This document shows, piece by piece, positions 58,415-64,000 of a stretch of 64,000 nucleotides of DNA (positions are counted from its first letter, which is position 1; every line of letters begins with the position of its first letter). Position numbers and translations under genes: made by a program. The DNA lies in NCBI GenBank assembly GCA_047495785.1, contig JBLDXI010000103.1, forward strand, positions 62,001-126,000, given 5' to 3'. Below the pieces are notes generated by a model. It searched no databases, was not told where the DNA came from, and was given only the letters and a program-made list of their open reading frames with translations. Origin of the DNA: Lepidodermella squamata. Its lineage: Eukaryota; Animalia; Gastrotricha.

Positions 58415-61400
58415 ATGGACCAAGCTGCACTTATGAAATTAGTTATCAATGCGGGCATTACCAATCCCGATCATCAATCTCACCTGTGCGATGTTTTCGC
58501 TGGTAGTTTGCTATTGTTAACGTAATGCCATATGCCTTAATATTTGCATTTGTTTCACAGCTAATGAATTAGATGAACTCGGCATATCCCTATTAACAAA
58601 GGACGAAATCAAGGACTTATTTCCATCGAAATTGGGGCGCAGAAAGGCGTGTGAGGCAGTTTCTGCCTTTGCCCAAGCCCGTAAAACAGCACCCACCAAG
58701 CTAGTTGGATCGGCCGAAAGTCAATTGAAGGTTCAATTAAATCTTTATAAATCATTCCTAAACAAAAATGTTGCCACTAATTTAGCAGCAGGTCACTGAG
58801 GTAACTGCTGAAACTTCGATCAAAAAGGCTCGTGTATTCCTCAGCTATTCTTGGAGCTTTCGGGAGGATGACGTTCGCAGGGTCGCCGATGAATACCTTA
58901 GCAAACAGCCGGACTTCGATGTTTTCCTTGATGTACACAAAATCTGCGGTGATCTTGATCAAGCGATGATCGAGGTAGGTTTCATGCCCCTCAGTACCTC
59001 CTCGAGATGCCTTTTCATAAAAACAGAAAGTCGACTGGGCTGATATCGTTGTTTGCTTTCTTTGCCAGCCCTACCTCCGAGAAGGTTCCAATTCAGCCAA
59101 GGAGTTCGACTATGCTATTTTCAAGAAGAAGAAAGTTCTCCTCGTCAATTTGGAAGACAGCTTTGTCCAGCTTGGAGAATCTCGAAACCTGGGCAATCTG
59201 CTTCGCATCTTTTTGCGAACGGAGGCCATGCACTTCCACGACGATGCGAATGATATTTGCCAGCAAATCCGGCTGATACTGAAAATGCCAGCTCAGAAAG
59301 CCGTTGTTCTAAATCGATTTTACGCCCCGGCCATACCTATCAGCATTGCGAACTATTTCGAGTGGAATGAACTCAAAGCCAAAATGATGAAACATCTTAT
59401 TAAGATATGCAAGCAGCCAGCCAAGGGTATGTTTTCTTAACAAATGAGACTGTCCACCGTCGGCAGGAAAATCTACAGTGGAAATCAAAAGTTACGCACG
59501 GTCAGGAATTTCTTGAGTTAAAACTGAAAATATCTCACACCTCACACGCACCAAAACTATTTGTAGCTCCATAAATGGATTGAAATCAGCTAGTAAAAAT
59601 GAAACTTGTGACTCGGACAGATTGAAAAGTTTTAATAGTTGTAAAAATATGAATATTTATTAGCTGCTAATTAATATTCCGAAACCCTGAAAATTGATAA
59701 ATATGTCAGAAAAATTCCGGCAAAATGTTTTTGATTTGTCGCAATCTCATTCGAACTGCTCAAATTTTTCTGCGTTTTTTGGCATTTCGTCGTTGGTGCG
59801 GCTAAAAGTCCATCAAAACTCTAAATTGGGTTTTTTCGAGATCCTGACTCAGTTTTTCACGCTGGTCAATAATATGAAAACCGCATTTCAAAATTCGTCA
59901 GGGATCAAAAGTCATATCTCCACATTCGTGGATTTTTTTCCAGGTCATTCTTTTTCCATCAGGAAAAGTGCTATATCCATAGCATGATTTCGAATAGGGC
60001 ACAAAAAGTGCTATGTGAACCGCAAAAATTATTCGATCACGACAATAAATGGCGATGACTCAGTGCGGTATTCGATGCCAAGTGAAAATAAGTCGGCAAA
60101 AAATCGGCTCGCAAAGAGGGAAAAAAGCCAAAAATGAATGCTTTCGTAAGGACTCGAACCACAACCTTAAAAAACACAAACAAAAATCGAAAAAATCGAC
60201 AAAAAAGTCCTAACTGCAGCGAATGCCCTTATTGTGCAATAACGATGCGTCATCGGTAAAAATGGCCGGCGCCATTCGATCCGCCGGGTTTGATTACCCC
60301 TGGTTTTCACATCAGTGACATTTTTTACAGAACATTTTGGAAATAAAGCTGTTTTTTCGATTTATCTCGAAATAAATTGTTTTGGAGATAGGACTTTTAG
60401 CCGCACCAACTACGATTTAACTAAGAATGTCCTAGTTTCAAGACATCTCATGAATATATTCATATTCTTGAAACTATTCCCCTTTTACTGGAGCTATTTT
60501 TGGAGCTCGTACAAAAGGCGTCATTTTGGTCCGTTTTGCAGGAGACAAACAGCCGTATTTCGCACGTGCGAAATATTTCAACTAGTGTCGCGTCAATTCC
60601 ACCGTGCGGTTATTTTGATTGCCACTGTAGAAAATCTGGAATAATGGTGCAATGAAAAACTGGCGAGGAGGGGGAGATGGAGGGTATCATGCCCCCTTCC
60701 CAGTTCGCAAGGCCAAAGTGAAAACCCCCAATACCCACAGGGCTCGCAATTGAGGACTTCGGACTCATAAAATACCCCCTAGTTCGGGAATCCTACTTCG
60801 CACACTGGTTGAAATATTGCATCGTAGTCCTGTTATAGATTCAATTGGGGCTAGGTATTTGAACGTCTGCTCCAAAGCCCTAAGCCCTAAACGCATATAG
60901 AACCAAGATTCTCTAACGTCTTGTCGTTAATATAGGTTTCGCCAGTCTGCTGGTTGTGGCTGGCGAGGGAGGTGTTGGCAAGTCCGTGTTGATCGCGAAG
61001 TTACTTTGCAGCGAAAATATACCCAGAGGACTGCAATCCCCAACGGTTGTTCTATGGCTCCAGTGTTTCGATGACTTTCGATGACTCAGCCAAGAAAGAA
61101 TTCCGCGAAAGCCTAATAGCAGTGGCAAAAAAGGCCGCCTGCAGAATTCACCGGGTTGGAGTTATCTCACATCAGCGAGTATTTCCGAGACAAAAAACGG
61201 CATCGGGTTCTGGTCGTTCTTGACGACATGTTCAACGTGGAATTGCTTCGCTTCTTTGTGCAAGAGCAATCAGAAATGTCCTGCTGTGTCATCACGCGTG
61301 ACCCCTATCCGATTTTAATGCAACAGCGACAGCTCATCTACAAGTTGGAGAAAATTGATAGCCTCGAAAATGAAGCCATTGAACGTTATCTGGAAAAAAC

Positions 61401-63707
61401 ATGCGGATTGCAGGAAAAATTCAAGAAAAACGCCAAGGATAAGATTGCTAACCTTGCTAAAATGTGCTGTGGTTTGCCTTTGATCATGTCTCTCGTTGCT
61501 AACCGATTTCTCTTCGGAAATTTCGATTGGGACGAGGAGTATGAAGAGTTAGCTAGCCAAAAGACCAACGACTTTGATACTGCACTATAGCCGGAGGCGA
61601 TCCGCGCTTCAAAGAGCAAACCGTTGATTGCCTGTTACAGTTTACTCTGGAGCGATTGGGGGAGACATACAGGCTTTGCTTCTATGCTTTCTTACTTTTC
61701 GCTCCAAACACTCTAATTCCTGGCGAATATCTAACGATGTTGTGGCGACAGCTGGCAACCAACCTCAGGGCAAAGGATGTGTTCAAAGCATTTGATCAGC
61801 GGGCTGTTATACGAACAGTTGGCGGAGAATATGAACTCTCCTCCGTCCATCAGCTGCTTTGGGAAGCTGGTTTTCGACGAGCTGCTCAAGAATTTGAGAT
61901 AGCCGCCTCAAATGACGCCGATCTGTATGACAAAGTCCGATTGAGCTTTCTTCATAGAAGGAATGTTTCTAACGCCGAGATGCTGCTGTTCGAGGTTTTT
62001 AAGGGCGAAAATGGTCAAAAGCACAAATCAGTCCATCGGCAGCTGCTGCGTGATATCCTGGAGAGTTTGAGTTGCGATGCATTGTTGGATGTTTGCAAGT
62101 CTATGAGCGTAAGCGAGGCCAAGTCTTTTATCCATTTCCTATATGGCTTGGAGTGGGAAGATAATATCGGACCACCGGTAGACCATACTTTAATAGCCTA
62201 TGGAACTCACAATTCTTATCGCCTGATCTCATGGATACTTTCAAGGCTGCTTGGGAATCAAGATCTCGGTCAAAACTACATAAAATGCATAGCAGAACAC
62301 AATGATTTGGCGTTTCTGATGCAAATTTTTGACGACGATAAAATATTGATGCTGAAAAACGAGAGGGACAAAATCGTGAACTTCTTTTACGGGCACTTTT
62401 GGAAATACCAAGCAAGAACGGCTTTGAATAACCACGGAAGCTGCAAAGAAACATCCGAGTTTATTAGATCTGTTTTAAAGCGTGATTTAACATCAGTGAA
62501 ACGCCATTTCAACCCAGCTGAGGCAATCGTGGCTATGGAAATCGCAGCGCTACTGGGTGACTTGGAGATAGTAAGATTATTGGCCGAAAAATCCCCTGGT
62601 GAGAACAACAGCAGAATCCCGCTTAGCATAGCCGCTCAAAATGGACACTTTGATGTTGTTAAATTCCTAGCTGAGGAAGCACCGGAATTAGTTTCAATGG
62701 CTGACAAGGCCGGCACAACCCCGCTTTGGAGGGCAGCTCAAAACGGCCACATCGAAATTGTTCGTTTTCTAGCAGAGAAAGCACCAGCGACGGTTTCTGC
62801 GGGTGATAACAAGGGCAGAACCCCTATCGGCATAGCGGCGAAAAATGGCCAAATCGAAGTAGTTCGATTCCTGGTAAAAGAAGCACCAAACATGGCTTCG
62901 ATAGTTGACAACGCCGGTAAATCGCCCCTATGGAGGGCCGCTCAGAACGGTAACATCGAAGTTGTTCGATTCTTGGCAAAGGAAGCACCAGCCACGATGT
63001 CTACGGCTGATAGCAAGGGCAGAACCCCGATCTGCATTGCCGCTAAAAATAGCCGCATCATAGTTGTTCGATTTCTAGCTGAGGAAGCACCTGAAACGGT
63101 TTCCACGGGTGATAAGGTCGGTAGAGCTCCGATATGGGGAGCCGCTGAAAATGGCCACATTGAAGTTGTTCGATTCCTGGGGACAGTAGCACCAGCCATA
63201 ATGTCAAAGGCTGATAATTTCGGCAAAACCCCGATTTTGGCAGCCGCTACAAATGGCCAAATTGAAGTAGTTCGATTCCTGGGGAAAGAAGCACCAGCCA
63301 CGGTTTATATGGCTGATGAAAACGGCAGAACCCCGATGTGGGAAGCCGCTGGCGATGGCCACGCCGAAGTGGTTCGATTCTTGGCAAAAGAAGCACCTGC
63401 CACGGTTTTTATGGCCAATAACGACGGCTACACCCCTTTTGAGATGGCTGTTAGTTTTAACAGAATTGAAGTAGTTAGATTCCTAGCTAGAGAAGCACCA
63501 GCCACGGTTTTTATCGTTGATAAGTCCGGCAGAACTGCGCTATGGGAAGCCGCCTACCTAGGCCACGTCGAAATTGTTCGATTCCTCGCAGAAGAAGCAC
63601 CGTCGTTGGTTTCTGCGGGTGATAACAAGGGCACTACTCCTCTCGAGATAGCTCAGGTCTTTGGCCAACACGAAGTTGTGCGATTCCTGTCAGATTTCAA
63701 GCTTTGA
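58415..63707 (+). pseudogene. SAM-TIR-NB-ARC-ankyrin NLR-like gene with frameshifts
   Basis: Exons from ATG 58415: SAM-like (LDELGISLLTKDEIKDLFPSKLGRRK); TIR (VFLSYSW...VFLDV...ADIVVCFLCQPYL...AKEFDYA); after a 1.5 kb intron, Walker A GEGGVGKS, Walker B VLVVLDDM, VITRD, CCGLPL, SVHQLL; then about 11 ankyrin repeats. A 10-bp duplication (tttcgatgac x2, near 61066-61085) and two further frame changes (near 61135 and 61580) break the frame. Confidence 0.85.
59476..60627. mobile_element. Tc1/mariner-type non-autonomous element in the NLR intron
   Basis: TA|CAGTGGAAATCAAAAGTTACGCACGG ... CCGTGCGGTTATTTTGATTGCCACTG|TA. Confidence 0.8.
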
Positions 63708-64000
63708 GAGTTGGGTTCCCCCGATGAACATCAAGTGTTGAAGTTCTAGAAGGGTTTCCCGCGTAATCACTATAAGCAATCACAAGCAATGAAGGTTGGT
63801 TGGTTAATGCAAAGGAGTCACCTGATAAGTCCAGGTGGAAATCGGTTAATCTTGGACTGGGTTGAATTGCTCTCACCAGTGCATTTATCACTTTGCGAAA
63901 CAGGTCATGAGCCATTTGTTCATACTTTTTTCCTATCCAATCCTATCCTATCCCAATATCCAATAGCTATCCAATATTTTCGAGTTTTTTCAAATAAATC

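Noticed and set aside
60138-60170. tRNA gene (GGTTCGAGTCC on the minus strand)
   Set aside because: Only a T-arm-like motif inside a Tc1-type element; I could not build a cloverleaf.

Overview
This window is eukaryotic, not prokaryotic. It looks like a compact invertebrate genome with many short (about 45-70 nt) GT-AG introns, so the ORF track splits most genes; I reassembled exons by hand. Left arm (1-16 kb): the 3' end of an RDH11-14-type short-chain dehydrogenase, a PPxY membrane protein, three ankyrin genes (one secreted, with a sushi-like domain), and a Venus-flytrap/tyrosine-kinase receptor. From 16-33 kb: transposon-rich DNA containing a VMO-I/aerolysin-like pore-forming gene broken by a 3.5 kb TIR element. 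The main object is an 18.8 kb Sola1-type DNA transposon (33052-51826) with ~250 bp TIRs, an ATTT target-site duplication and an intron-containing DDD transposase. Its cargo is a Brambleberry/GEX1/KAR5-like protein, a NEMP-like inner-nuclear-membrane protein, a membrane-anchored coiled-coil/CXC protein, a WRKY-like/PHD protein and five small Cys-rich single-pass membrane proteins. Together these look like a mobile nuclear-envelope/membrane gene set. Right arm: a NEK-like kinase-ankyrin gene and a frameshifted SAM-TIR-NB-ARC-ankyrin NLR-like gene. Family assignments come from motif recognition against remembered consensus sequences; no database search was run.
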